A stretch of 49,179 nt of DNA from a virus (taxonomy: Duplodnaviria > Heunggongvirae > Uroviricota > Caudoviricetes), in the IMG/VR virus record IMGVR_UViG_3300021600_000004. One strand, written 5' to 3'. Positions 36,901 to 46,200 of this stretch are shown one piece after another. The notes beneath the pieces are model-generated. The model was not told the origin of the DNA. It was given only the letters and a program-made list of their open reading frames with translations, and did no database searches. The position numbers and the translations under genes were made by a program. Each line of letters begins with the position of its first letter. Position 1 is the stretch's first letter.

Positions 36901-37530
36901 TAATGTTAGTGTTGTAGGAGAACCTGTTACACCTATTCCTGTTACATCACCTACAAATATAAGTATACCTGAAGGAACTGTTATAGTTACAGGAGTGATG
37001 TTTGTTACAAGTCCTTTTGTATTCACTGTTACTATAGGAACTTGTGTTGCTGTTCCATAAGTACCAGGATTAGGATTTACACTAGCTAGTGTGAATACAC
37101 TAGAACCAGGACCTGTGGCTGTACCATCTCCTGTTAGAGCTGATATATAATTACCAGAAGGTTGATATGGACCAGGATCAAGACTACCATCTCCTTTTAC
37201 AAAATCAGAAGATGTACCACCTGTTGTTATTAATGCACCAGACTCAATAGAATCTGTAATCTTAAATGTATAACCACCACTAAGAATCACTGTGTTCTGC
37301 ATCAAGGTTCCACCTAGTTGTACAGGTAATCCTGGACCAGTTTGTATTATACCATTTTGAAATATATATCCAATGGCAGCATCACCAAACTTAGCATCTA
37401 TTTTTTGTAGAGCAGTTTGGACACTATCATTTGTATTGATACCTGTGTATACTAAGTTAGCACCTTCATAAAATACGCAGGTAGCATTTAGTATCACTGG
37501 ACATGGTTCAACGGAGCAATTAATTTCCAT
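30994..37530 (-). CDS. giant tail-fibre-like protein (2178 aa) with two G-T/S-S/T collagen-like blocks
   Basis: TV...G.VT fibre repeats; GTS blocks; C-terminal repeats DAGYKLDVNGTGRF, NVGIGTTSP and IASTGAATFS typical of Bacteroidota phage fibres. Confidence 0.85.
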   Translation of the reverse strand: MEINCSVEPCPVILNATCVFYEGANLVYTGINTNDSVQTALQKIDAKFGDAAIGYIFQNGIIQTGPGLPVQLGGTLMQNTVILSGGYTFKITDSIESGALITTGGTSSDFVKGDGSLDPGPYQPSGNYISALTGDGTATGPGSSVFTLASVNPNPGTYGTATQVPIVTVNTKGLVTNITPVTITVPSGILIFVGDVTGIGVTGSPTTLTLANVNSNIYGGNTFLKFSVNAKGLVTSATPVGSLDIISALGYTPVPTTRTLTINGVTQNLAANRSWVIPAGSSGTAGTSGTSGSSGTTGTSGTSGSSGTSAIDGTSGSSGTTGTSGTTGTSGTTGTSGSSGTSGSSGTSGTTGSSGTSGTTGTSGTTGTSGSSGTSGSSGTSGTTGTSGTSGTSGSSGTTGTSGSSGTSGSSGTAGTTGTSGTSGTDGTGGTSGTTGTSGSSGTSGSSGTSGSSGTSGTSGTNGTGGTSGSSGSSGSSGTTGTSGTTGTSGSSGSSGTNGTGGTSGTSGSSGTSGSTGTSGTSGTNGTGGTSGTSGTSGSSGTSGTSATSGTTGTSGSSGTSGSSGTSGTTGTSGTSGTDGTGGTSGTTGTSGSSGTNGTGGTSGTSGTSATSGTSGSSGTTGTSGSSGTSGTSGTSGTDGTGGTSGTSGTTGSSGSSGTTGTSGTSGTSGSSGTSGTTGTSGSTGTSGSSGTSGTNGTGGTSGTAGTSGTSATSGTSGSTGTSGSSGTTGTSGSSGTTGTSGTSGTAGTSGINGISGGQVYWINESVAASPAVNTDRQLSPTPTSTTTQTVTSTIASGASSIINTYITDGGVPGLTSLSGGNWGFTTHFTIQNSNSSFNVYGKVYKYSIGGVSTLLGTTNLVPVSYSTLVQQFFYDTFIAAQVLLSTDRIYIELWATNTSNQSHTITFYTEDGSYYSYVQTTFTAPSGTSGTSGTSGVGGTSGSSGTSGSTGTSGSSGVSGSSGTTGTSGTTGTSGSSGSSGTSATNGTGGTSGTSGTTGSSGSSGTTGTSGSSGTSATSGTSGTTGTSGSSGTSATSGTSGTNGTGGTSGTSGTTGTSGSSGINGTSGTSGSSGSSATSGTSGINGTSGTTGTSGTSGSSGTSGTSGTNGTGGTSGTTGTSGSSGTSATSGTSGTTGTSGSSGINGTSGTSGSTGTSGTSGISGTSGTSGSSGINGTSGTTGTSGTSGINGTSGSSGTSGINGTSGSSGINGTSGTSGTSGTTGTSGSSGLSGSSGTSGTTGTSGSSGTSGTTGTSGTTGTSGTSGTNGTGGTSGTTGTSGSSGTSATSGTSGTTGTSGTTGSSGSSGTTGTSGSSGTSGTSGTSGTSGTSGTNAQFSGTLNYVAKFTGSGTTIGNSLLFDNGSGVTVGSATVVRAFNIYSATADNQLLIAGPAPSVSLADALTGATYQAKFGLATASNNFVTNSVAGDFAISAQGTSNILFGINGVEAMRVFGSTKNVSINGNSSDAGYKLDVNGTGRFKAAQNVILYLEANGAVSPSIAFTTTNGTNYIQSDYTTSSLKFITGITALTIASTGAATLSNLAGTGTRMVVADASGVLSTQAIGSGAITGSGTTNYLPKFTGASTIGNSQIFDNGTNVGIGNATPSDKLNVVVSANGNNTRFDGPTSGLIFQTNATTTDIISYGGTTPAYRNLNFSASASTNMTLTTTGNLGLGVTPSAWNTIFNVIQGPQGSVVAFQNNGPSLKIGSNFYYSSLGQYEYIATNPATRYEMDTTHRWSVAPSGTAGNAITFIQAMTLTSGGNLLVGTTTDAGYKLQVSGTGFFTSDLGIGGSFGTSPNNTILSLPNGVNIQSRIAAGVPQLAMSANIDGDWYSSTYKVSNYAGQIYIDGNQGTIGLRTAPTGTAGGAITWNTPAIYITNSSNVGIGTTSPNTIFSVVKAETVNAFTDFAQFSDNTNGLRISNYFDVGGIRWDFRRGTTSVISISQSNNVGINTTTDAGYKLDVNGTGRFSGNLTIYNVNGNFLQSTQLSTNAQFQTWYASNGTTRRGYFGYPNGGGDNFALMNEQNSSLVIGTNSISALTIASTGAATFSSSVTATGNISTSGIYVGRTTNGQAFGCGNGIDSDLGIFVQTNNILFTNSGTYAGFSFAIGGTTRFSLASTGAATFSSTIKTAAPTTALAGAMKFGARQAGLAVTAAGYWTVNIDGTDYYINLLSTSP
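33526..34752 (-). repeat. Gly-X-Y coding repeat block 2 (about 410 aa; GTS/GSS/GTT/GIN/GTN)
   Basis: Direct reading of the translation: Gly every third residue with synonymous codon diversity. Confidence 0.95.
35261..36693 (-). repeat. Gly-X-Y coding repeat block 1 (about 475 aa; GTS/GSS/GTT/GTG)
   Basis: Direct reading of the translation. Confidence 0.95.
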
Positions 37531-37582
37531 ATATATTAAATAATCAAAATGTATAAATAATTAACACACAGCTATGTGGTAT

Positions 37583-37618
37583 GCAAAATAGGTGTACATC
37601 TAAACAATATACACCTAT
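37583..37618 (-). terminator. hairpin in the leader of the fibre gene
   Basis: ATAGGTGTA-N13-TACACCTAT followed by TTTG on the minus strand. Confidence 0.55.
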
Positions 37619-37623
37619 ATACG

Positions 37624-37652
37624 CAAAAGTAACGAATTTAATTTAGTTTCAA
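37624..37652 (-). promoter_or_regulatory. Bacteroidota-type promoter upstream of the fibre gene
   Basis: TTG-N18-TACTTTTG on the minus strand. Confidence 0.6.
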
Positions 37653-37686
37653 TGTATTAGATAAACTTATCCTACATAATATAGCA

Positions 37687-40600
37687 TTACCTAATGGTAT
37701 TTTCTGATTGAATTGTTACATCAAAATCTTTAGCAAAATCAGAATTAAATATAGATAGGTATGTAACAAGAGATTTAGCTAAAGGAGCAGACTTCATTGC
37801 ATACTTTATAGGTCTAGCTTTCTTTCTAACTTGATCAGCAGAAAGACTAGGGTGACTTAAATCAAGTCCTGTTGTTTCCATAAATAAATGCTGTGCAAAT
37901 TTTTGAAAATCTGTTATGATTCCAAGAGCTGGGAACATAGATCCACTTAAAACTTGTTCATAGTTTACAGGATTGTAGAAGAATGATAACTCATTTACAA
38001 ACTTATCTACCACTCTTATAGAATATTTATGAAAGTTTTTAGCTGCTTTATCTTTATCATCATCTGGAGCCATGAATCCCATACTTAACATCACTCCTAT
38101 CAAAGCTCCTAGAATAGCTAATTCCTTCACCTGATTACGTAAGTTAGTTCTAATCATGTCTATAAAATCTTCTCTGCTCATAACTAATTTTTGACCAGTG
38201 GTAGATTCATATTGTTCTCTATATTTTTCAAACATCTTATCAACTTGAGCTAGTCCTGCTTCATTCATTTTAATCAAGTTGACTAAGTGAAAAGACCTGT
38301 CAGTTATCATATCTGACATCACTTGACCAAGTAATCTTAATCTACCTACATCATACTTTTGTCCTTGTGCAACTCCTTTATCATCAATGTATACAGAAAA
38401 ATCATCACTTATTTTTCTAAATTCAGAGAAACGAGTATCTGTTAGTTTTGGAATCCAGCCCTTAAATAACATCATAGACTTAGTCCAAATAGACATAGAC
38501 ATTTTATTGATATCTCCTTCTGACATTCCTCCTGTTGCATTTCTAGAAATAGTTCTACTAAGATTAGTAAGACGTTGTAATTCATCTCTGTTATTAAGAT
38601 CAAGTCCTGGGATAACTAGTTTACCATTTTCAAGTTTTTTAATTACATCTATAGACCTAGTCTTTTTTAATTCTGCCACTTCTCTTTCTATTTTCTTATC
38701 TATTTGAGAAGTGCTAGTACCAGGAGTATATCTATTTTTATTTTGTTTTTTAACAAAGTCTCTAATGCTTACAATTTTACCATTCTCAATCATCATGTTT
38801 TGCAACAATGTTACAAATACACTTTTTTCAATTAATTGTTCTGGTTTTCTCATAAACACCATTAACAAATCTCCAACATTAACATTAGTTAATTTAGACA
38901 TACCTGCTTTTTTAAACTCTTCAATAGAAGGATCTTCTTTCATTGGCATGAATGTATTAACTAATTGAACAAACATTTCTTTATCTGCTTCACTATTAAA
39001 GTTTTGTCCAAGTAATTTTGTTTCATTTTTAATAAACTCTCTAGCTTTGAAATAATTACCAGCTTGTGTAGCAACTTGTATGTTACCACCAAACATGTTA
39101 ACAGCACCAGATATAAACTCAAATCCAAGTGTCTTCATTTGAAATCCTCTATTAGCAGCATCAATAGTTTTTACTAGAGATGTAGCTGTTGTAGCATCAC
39201 TCTCTTTCCAAACTTCCTTACCTGCTACAGCATTAACTCCTTTCTTTACAAAGTTTAACACCTTGTCCAAATGTAAAGGAATATCAGAATCATCTATTAC
39301 ATATTTTTGTTCATACAATAATGTTCTTAAAAATTGATCATACATTCTTGCATTCACTTCATTACCAGCAAGTACATCTGGATCACCATCTTCTTTTTTA
39401 ATAACACTTCCTGTTTTAGTAGTGTTAAGATGACCTTTAAAAGCTTCTATTGTTTTAACTAATTTAAGCTGACCTTCCACCTCAGACATGTATTTATACT
39501 TATTCACTTGCTGAATATATAAAATCATGTTCTTAAATAAGTCTTGACTCACTTCAGAATAATCATTAACACCATCTTTAAATGTAAAATCATAAGTGTA
39601 GTATTTAGGAATACTATTTTCTAGTTCTCCAGTCACTTCATTAATACTACCATAACCAACATCATCTGCTTTGATTTGTAAACTGTTTCCAAAGTTCTTT
39701 ACTACAGATAGGCTATTATCCCAAGCTAATTCTTCAGCCATTGATTTTCTAATAAATGGTAAGAATGTACTTGCTACAGTGTTGCTTATATATCCTAGTT
39801 CTTTAGATTTGGTATTAATTTTAGTTAAGAAGTTATATAAGTCAATAAGATCTGGATCTTTTTGAATGTCTTTATACTGTTCTGAATACCATTTTGAAAG
39901 AGGATGTCTTTTAAGTTCATAGTTACTAAAACCAGTAAAGTCATCTCTAGTTATATCCCATTGTTGTTTTGCTTGTAATATATATCTATCTTTTTGTTCT
40001 TGCTCTTCTTTAGGAGTTCCTTTATAACTGTTCCTATTTATTCTTGCTATTTGGTCATTCATGATTTTATCTGCTGCTAACTTATATGCATCAACATCTA
40101 TATTATCAAGTAACCATTGTTTGTCTCCACCTTCAGCAGCTTTTTTATCCACTGTATCATGGAACTCTCTACTATATTTATATATTATTTTATTTATAAT
40201 TCCACCTTTTTCATCTTTCTGATAGAGTCTTTGTACAAACTTTCTAACATCTCCACCCTTCTTCATTATCTTTTCTCTTATAGCCATTAGTTCTTCCACT
40301 TCAGCTAAAGATGCTTGAGCTGCTTTTCCTTGTGCAAATCTCGTAAGTTTAAATAATAAACTAAGAGCAGCAGAAGGAAGTTCAGATATTCCTCTAAACA
40401 TAGATGCTAATCCCTTAATAACCGCCTCAGCTTTAGTTAAACCAGTGGTTAAATTTCTTTCACCAATATGTCTATCAGCAAACTTTAAAGAAACATTTGA
40501 TATCTCTTTTTGAGATTTCCTAATCATCGTGGCTTCATCTTGTAATCTTCTTAAGATATCTTGTCTATCTTTAATATCTTTCTTCTGTTCTTCGGTGATA

Positions 40601-43242
40601 GCTTCTTTAGCCATCTCAGGTGTATATATTAAATGTCCAATATCATCACTAATTGAACCAAACACTGTAGAAAGTTTGATGTAATTATTCATGTTCTCTG
40701 AGAAATCAGATAGTTCTGAGTTATTAGAATCAGATGATGTAGCAGGTCTATCTTTATAAATAGCATTATAATCATTTAGAATAAGCTCACCATTCTTTCT
40801 CATCACCTCAATTACATCAATAAGTGGAGCAAGATCACCTTTACCCTGTAACAAACGTATTGCATGTTTGAGTGTATTTAATCTTTCTATTTTAAATTGC
40901 CTAGAGTTTTCATCTGTAACATCTTCTTTTCCAATCTGTTTAAGTAGAGCATTTAAACTTTTTATAACCCCATCTAATGCTTCATCTCCAGTGGATTCAC
41001 TTTCTTCTGATATAGGAATAAGTCTTATGTCTTCTATCTTTGTAGCATCAGCAGATCCTATTGCAATACCTGATAACTCTGGTTGAGCATCTTTTGCAAA
41101 ATTAAATTTAAAGGCAATAGGAATAGCTCTTATCATTCCGAACTCTTTGATACCATAAACTTCACGTAGGATGTTTTTATATGTACCAAGCTGAATATTA
41201 TAAGCTCCTTGTTTGAACCAAGCAACATCATCTCCACCTATTTGCATAAACTTCCAATCTAATATATGAGTTTTACCAGAAGGTTCTATAGCTAAGAAAT
41301 CTATTGTACCAGCTTCTTTAGCTTTAGGATCATATATAATCTTCTCAGAGAATATTAGTGTATCTTTTGGAAAACTATTAATAAGATCTACGTAATATGT
41401 TTGAAGTTTATCATACATATCTTGATTCTCAAGACTAAACTTAGTAGGTTTAGGTAAAGGAGAAGCTCTTTTAGTACCATCATCATTATAATATCTGCCA
41501 TGAATTTCTTCAAAATCAGCATGCCCAGCTACACCATATTTTCTTTTTAATTCATTAAATTCTTTTTCTTCTTTAGTAAAAGTCTTTCCTCTAAATTTTG
41601 AAGCATACCAAGCTTTCACTCTATCTGTAACTCTCTTCTTAATACCATCTTTACTGAATGTACCATCAGCTTGTTTTAACTCATAGTGATTACTAGCTTC
41701 TTCTGAATCTAATAATAAAGGATCAACAGATTCTTTACTTGTTACCTTCTTTATATCATCTTGTGTCTTCTGAATCCTATCTAGTATTTCTTTTTGTTCA
41801 TTAGTAACAGTTTGATAGAAAGTTCCTCCCATACGAATATCTGCAGCAGTTCCTCCTACATCACCAGTGGAGATTTGTTTAGCAACTTCTTCAAATACAG
41901 AAATATTAGATTTTCTATATATACCTTTTATATAATCTAGAATACTATTCCACCAACCTCTAATCAATGATTGGTTTTCATCTAGTCTTAATTCAGGAAA
42001 CTCTGTAGAACCCTCATTCTGATTAATTATAACCTCAGCTAATAGTTTACCTACAGCTTCTATTTTTATCTTACGTATATCTGGTTTACCATTAGCTAAC
42101 TGATAGTTTTTATTATCCTTATATTGCTTTAGTGTTTCATTGTATATTTTAAATCTATCAATCTTGGCTATCATTTCTGTAACCATCTTAGGATTGGTTT
42201 GTTCTAATATACCATAAGCAATGTGTACTAATTCTTCAGTGAGAGCCACTCCTTCTTTTTGTTCAGCTATAGCTATTATGCCTCTAACAAGATCAGCTAC
42301 ACCATTAATGCTAGTTGTATCTAGTCCTGTTTCTTTAGCATATGTAGTAAGGTCTTGAATATCCACACCCATCTTCTTAGCAGCTTCTTTCATCTTAGCT
42401 ACAGTCTCAGCATTTGCTGTAGAAGCAGGCATTCCTTCTAATTGAAGATTTATATTTCCTGTTTCTTTAGAGTAAGTTCCTTCATTAAATGCTGATTTAA
42501 TTTGATTAGGTTCAAAAGCTACATATACAGTATCTTCAAAACCAATACCATCATTTAATCTGTCTAATGTATTTTTCACTATTACACCATCATTCTGATC
42601 AGATACTTTTTCTTTAATATCTTTAATCTGTGAAACCAATCTTCTTCCTTTAGAATCAAAGTTTGTAGGATTTTTTATAGATAAAAAACTTGGAACCACA
42701 TCTCCTTTTTCTACTTGTTTTCTTAAATAATCTAGTCCAAATTCATATATATCAAAATAACTTTTTTCTTCTTTTGAAGCATTCTCATAAGCTTCATATA
42801 CATCTGGAAAATCTTTTTTAAGTTCTTCATCATCAACTCCTCCTTCTACCATTTTATCCCACATGTAAGCTCTTCTACCAGAATCTGGATTTATAGTGTA
42901 ATCTTCAGCAGCATATCTATCATTGAAAAAATATATACCTGGAAGATCTTTAGCCCAACCTGTTTTATTACCTGAACGAGAAGTATCAAATACATCAAAC
43001 TTTTTGTTTGTGCCATGGTAAACTAATAATGGTTCACCTATTGTATTTACTACTTTAGACACATCTTTACCACCTGGATTATTTATCCAGTCACCAAACC
43101 ATGATGTAAACTCAGGAGAAGATAATTGCCCATAAAGTTTATCAGCTTCTTCTTCTGTTCCTACAAGAGCTCTTATATCATTCCAGGTTTGTGAGGTTTC
43201 TTCTTTTCCTGTAATAGGGGATGTGATTAATCTACAACTCAT
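37687..43242 (-). CDS. large polyvalent virion (ejected) protein: ART-like + zincin-like + PD-(D/E)XK nuclease + helical region
   Basis: LLVYHGT...F..F...GIYF...AEDY...VYVAFEPNQIKS; LTEELVH; AGTIDFL...ILDWKF...QL..Y; located next to the vRNAP gene. Confidence 0.75.
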   Translation of the reverse strand: MSCRLITSPITGKEETSQTWNDIRALVGTEEEADKLYGQLSSPEFTSWFGDWINNPGGKDVSKVVNTIGEPLLVYHGTNKKFDVFDTSRSGNKTGWAKDLPGIYFFNDRYAAEDYTINPDSGRRAYMWDKMVEGGVDDEELKKDFPDVYEAYENASKEEKSYFDIYEFGLDYLRKQVEKGDVVPSFLSIKNPTNFDSKGRRLVSQIKDIKEKVSDQNDGVIVKNTLDRLNDGIGFEDTVYVAFEPNQIKSAFNEGTYSKETGNINLQLEGMPASTANAETVAKMKEAAKKMGVDIQDLTTYAKETGLDTTSINGVADLVRGIIAIAEQKEGVALTEELVHIAYGILEQTNPKMVTEMIAKIDRFKIYNETLKQYKDNKNYQLANGKPDIRKIKIEAVGKLLAEVIINQNEGSTEFPELRLDENQSLIRGWWNSILDYIKGIYRKSNISVFEEVAKQISTGDVGGTAADIRMGGTFYQTVTNEQKEILDRIQKTQDDIKKVTSKESVDPLLLDSEEASNHYELKQADGTFSKDGIKKRVTDRVKAWYASKFRGKTFTKEEKEFNELKRKYGVAGHADFEEIHGRYYNDDGTKRASPLPKPTKFSLENQDMYDKLQTYYVDLINSFPKDTLIFSEKIIYDPKAKEAGTIDFLAIEPSGKTHILDWKFMQIGGDDVAWFKQGAYNIQLGTYKNILREVYGIKEFGMIRAIPIAFKFNFAKDAQPELSGIAIGSADATKIEDIRLIPISEESESTGDEALDGVIKSLNALLKQIGKEDVTDENSRQFKIERLNTLKHAIRLLQGKGDLAPLIDVIEVMRKNGELILNDYNAIYKDRPATSSDSNNSELSDFSENMNNYIKLSTVFGSISDDIGHLIYTPEMAKEAITEEQKKDIKDRQDILRRLQDEATMIRKSQKEISNVSLKFADRHIGERNLTTGLTKAEAVIKGLASMFRGISELPSAALSLLFKLTRFAQGKAAQASLAEVEELMAIREKIMKKGGDVRKFVQRLYQKDEKGGIINKIIYKYSREFHDTVDKKAAEGGDKQWLLDNIDVDAYKLAADKIMNDQIARINRNSYKGTPKEEQEQKDRYILQAKQQWDITRDDFTGFSNYELKRHPLSKWYSEQYKDIQKDPDLIDLYNFLTKINTKSKELGYISNTVASTFLPFIRKSMAEELAWDNSLSVVKNFGNSLQIKADDVGYGSINEVTGELENSIPKYYTYDFTFKDGVNDYSEVSQDLFKNMILYIQQVNKYKYMSEVEGQLKLVKTIEAFKGHLNTTKTGSVIKKEDGDPDVLAGNEVNARMYDQFLRTLLYEQKYVIDDSDIPLHLDKVLNFVKKGVNAVAGKEVWKESDATTATSLVKTIDAANRGFQMKTLGFEFISGAVNMFGGNIQVATQAGNYFKAREFIKNETKLLGQNFNSEADKEMFVQLVNTFMPMKEDPSIEEFKKAGMSKLTNVNVGDLLMVFMRKPEQLIEKSVFVTLLQNMMIENGKIVSIRDFVKKQNKNRYTPGTSTSQIDKKIEREVAELKKTRSIDVIKKLENGKLVIPGLDLNNRDELQRLTNLSRTISRNATGGMSEGDINKMSMSIWTKSMMLFKGWIPKLTDTRFSEFRKISDDFSVYIDDKGVAQGQKYDVGRLRLLGQVMSDMITDRSFHLVNLIKMNEAGLAQVDKMFEKYREQYESTTGQKLVMSREDFIDMIRTNLRNQVKELAILGALIGVMLSMGFMAPDDDKDKAAKNFHKYSIRVVDKFVNELSFFYNPVNYEQVLSGSMFPALGIITDFQKFAQHLFMETTGLDLSHPSLSADQVRKKARPIKYAMKSAPLAKSLVTYLSIFNSDFAKDFDVTIQSENTIR

Positions 43243-43247
43243 ATATT

Positions 43248-46200
43248 TTATTTACAAGGTCCTTTTTTGAAATTTAATTTACTGTCTGCTTGTGCAGGTA
43301 TACCAATTGTAAGACCAGTAGTTTGACTATAGTCTTCTAATAGTTCTTCTGGTGCTAAATTCATATCCTGTAAAGATACACCTTTTTCTAATGTGAAATA
43401 AGGAACAATAACATCATCATCTACTTCAGCTGATGTTTTTATTATCTCTTTACCATTAGGAGTTTCTATCTCTGAATAAGACTGTTCCACCTTTAAGAAT
43501 CCATTATCTATTTTAGAAGGTCTAGCAACATCATAAAATTCATTAGCTTTATAAGAATCTCCCCAAGCATTAATCATCTTAAATACAAATTGAGGATTAC
43601 CATATTTATCATAATTTACTAATGGTTCAACACCGTTGTACACTTTTTTAAATAATCCTTTTTGTATATATGAGTAATCACCTATTCTTCTTGCTGCTTT
43701 CTTTTCAGCAGGTGTTCCTTTCTCCCAAGAGTATATAATTACATCAGAATCTGTACCCATTGATCTAGAGTCTAATTTAACTACGTCTGGAATCTTACCA
43801 TCAAGAATAGCTTTCTTTACAACATTATCACCATATGCAAATCGTAGATTTTTTATAATTTGTTCAGATCTTCCTGTTGCATAATTAAATTTATATTTAG
43901 CTTTTATACGTGGAACAATATCATTATTATTCCAATTGTTTCTTTCAAATACATTTAATGTATTGAACACATCTAATCCACCTCTTTGCTCTAATTTAGA
44001 AAGAACATCATTATATACATTTTTAAAATCTTCATAAGGAAGAAGAGATGTAAATGATATAGGAGAAGAAGTAAGTCCTGATTGTAATACACTTAATGCA
44101 ACAAGTTGCTTATATAAATCTTTATCACCATAATCTTTTAAATAAGTTTTTAACTCTTCAAATGCATATATTAGTTTATTCTGGTCATACACCTTATTAT
44201 CTTTATTCTTGATACTAATTGTATTTACACCATTGCTACTAGAAGATATATTAGTTTTTATTAATTTAATCACTTCATTATTACGTAATGCGTGACCAGG
44301 AGTAGCTTCAACTGTTCCTACAAAATTAGCTATTTGTTGAGCTGCACTAGTTACATTATTTAATAATATACTCTCTATATATTTATTTAGTCCTGTATCT
44401 ATTTGTACTGCCCAATCAAAAAGATTATTAACTGCTGTTTGAGCAATCTTTATAAAATCTCTATCAGGTTCATTTATATAGTTTTCAAGTACATTCTCTA
44501 TAACTCTTCTAACATTTGGCTTATCAGAAATAAGAACTTCAGCTAATGCGTTTCTCATCTTAACCATCGTAGATCTAAGTTTTCCTATATAGGAATTATT
44601 TAACAAACTATCTACAGATGAAATGATTGTGTTTCTAGCTTTCTTAAGCTGCTCATTCTTTTTAAATATTAAATATCCATCATTGAATGTAGCTGTATCA
44701 TAGTTAGATCCTTGTGTTACTAAAAATAACTGATTAGCCATCTTAGCATATTTCAAGAACTCATCTAACATATATTGTTGCCCAGCTTTTTCTTCTTCTG
44801 AAAATGCTATTTTTCCTATGTTCTCAAAAAGAGATGATGTTTTTGGAATAGAATCTATCTTAGACAACTGACTATCAGTTGTTTTATATTTAGGATCTGC
44901 TTTTATATCCTTAACAAAATCATTAATAAATAACCATGAATATCCAGCATTCTCAATTGAACGTAAGTAATCACGTATAATTGGTTGATTCATGAAGTAA
45001 CTTACAGTGTCAATAGGCACTCCTAATTTAACCAAAAATAAGAATGTAGAAGCTACATTTGGTGTAGCACCCAACTCCATAATCCAAGGACCTTTAGAGA
45101 TATCCACATATCCATCAATGAACTGAGAGATGATGTCAGATATATATTGACCAGCTGTATTCTTAGCCATTGATAATGTAGGAACCATTTCACCATCCAC
45201 ATCTATCATGTTGTATGCTGGCTTACCATTCTTATCTACAAAGTTAACACCAAGACCATTCTTCTCTAACCAATATGCATCATCTTTACTAACTCTATTT
45301 AGTTTACTAAAATCAAGATAGATACGCTCACGTTGATTTAAAGAGTGATTTGTTTGGTTAACAGCAGCAATACCAATAGCATATTTACCACTTATAAAAG
45401 CATGTCTAAGTCTAGACATATAATGTCTATTTAACATATTACCTACATCTGATGAATCCAAAGATTGAATTCCACGTGCTTTAGTAATCTTATCAGCTAA
45501 ATCATGTAATTGCTCAGATGAGTTTGGTTTAACTAAATTATCAAAGTTTAACTCATGAGAAACTAGATTTTGTAAAGATTGAATATATTCATTCTCAAGA
45601 GATTGTTTATACTTTCTATCTACATAGAACTCTCTAAGTTCTTTTTGTATAGTGGCATTATTTAACTTTTCTATATCAGTTCTTAAACTTTCACTTTTTT
45701 CTACTAAGAAGTCAGCAACATCATCAATGATGTCACCAAAATGCATAATTAATGTATCAAGTTTTTTGTTTTTAGAAAGTAATATATTTTCAAGAGCACT
45801 ATCCTCATCAGAAAGTAATATTGCATCAAGTACATCTATATCTTTAATAGCTTGTAATAATGCAGATTCTTTTGCAGTTTTATCCTTCTCTAGAATTTTA
45901 TCAAACACCTTTCCATAGAATTCTTTAGTAGCTGATTCTGAACCTTTACTTTCAACCATTCCAAGTTTACCATTCTCATCCTTAAATAAATTTTTAAGAT
46001 AGATTGATAATTTATCAATATCAAAGTCACTTCCTGCTTTCTTAACAAGAGCAGATGGAACTATTATAGAATCTCCAAACTCTTTAGGAAGGAATTTAGC
46101 TATTACAAAACTATCAATTGAGTTTTGTTTCTGTGTAGGAGTACGAAATCCTATACCTGATAATATCTTTCTACCTTCTTCTGTAAGAACTTTATTACCA

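Noticed and set aside
33509-37060. Long + strand ORFs (423 aa and 595 aa; VPLVPEVP...)
   Set aside because: These are antisense shadows of the GTS repeat. Gly/Thr/Ser codons rarely create stops in that frame, and there is no promoter or start context.
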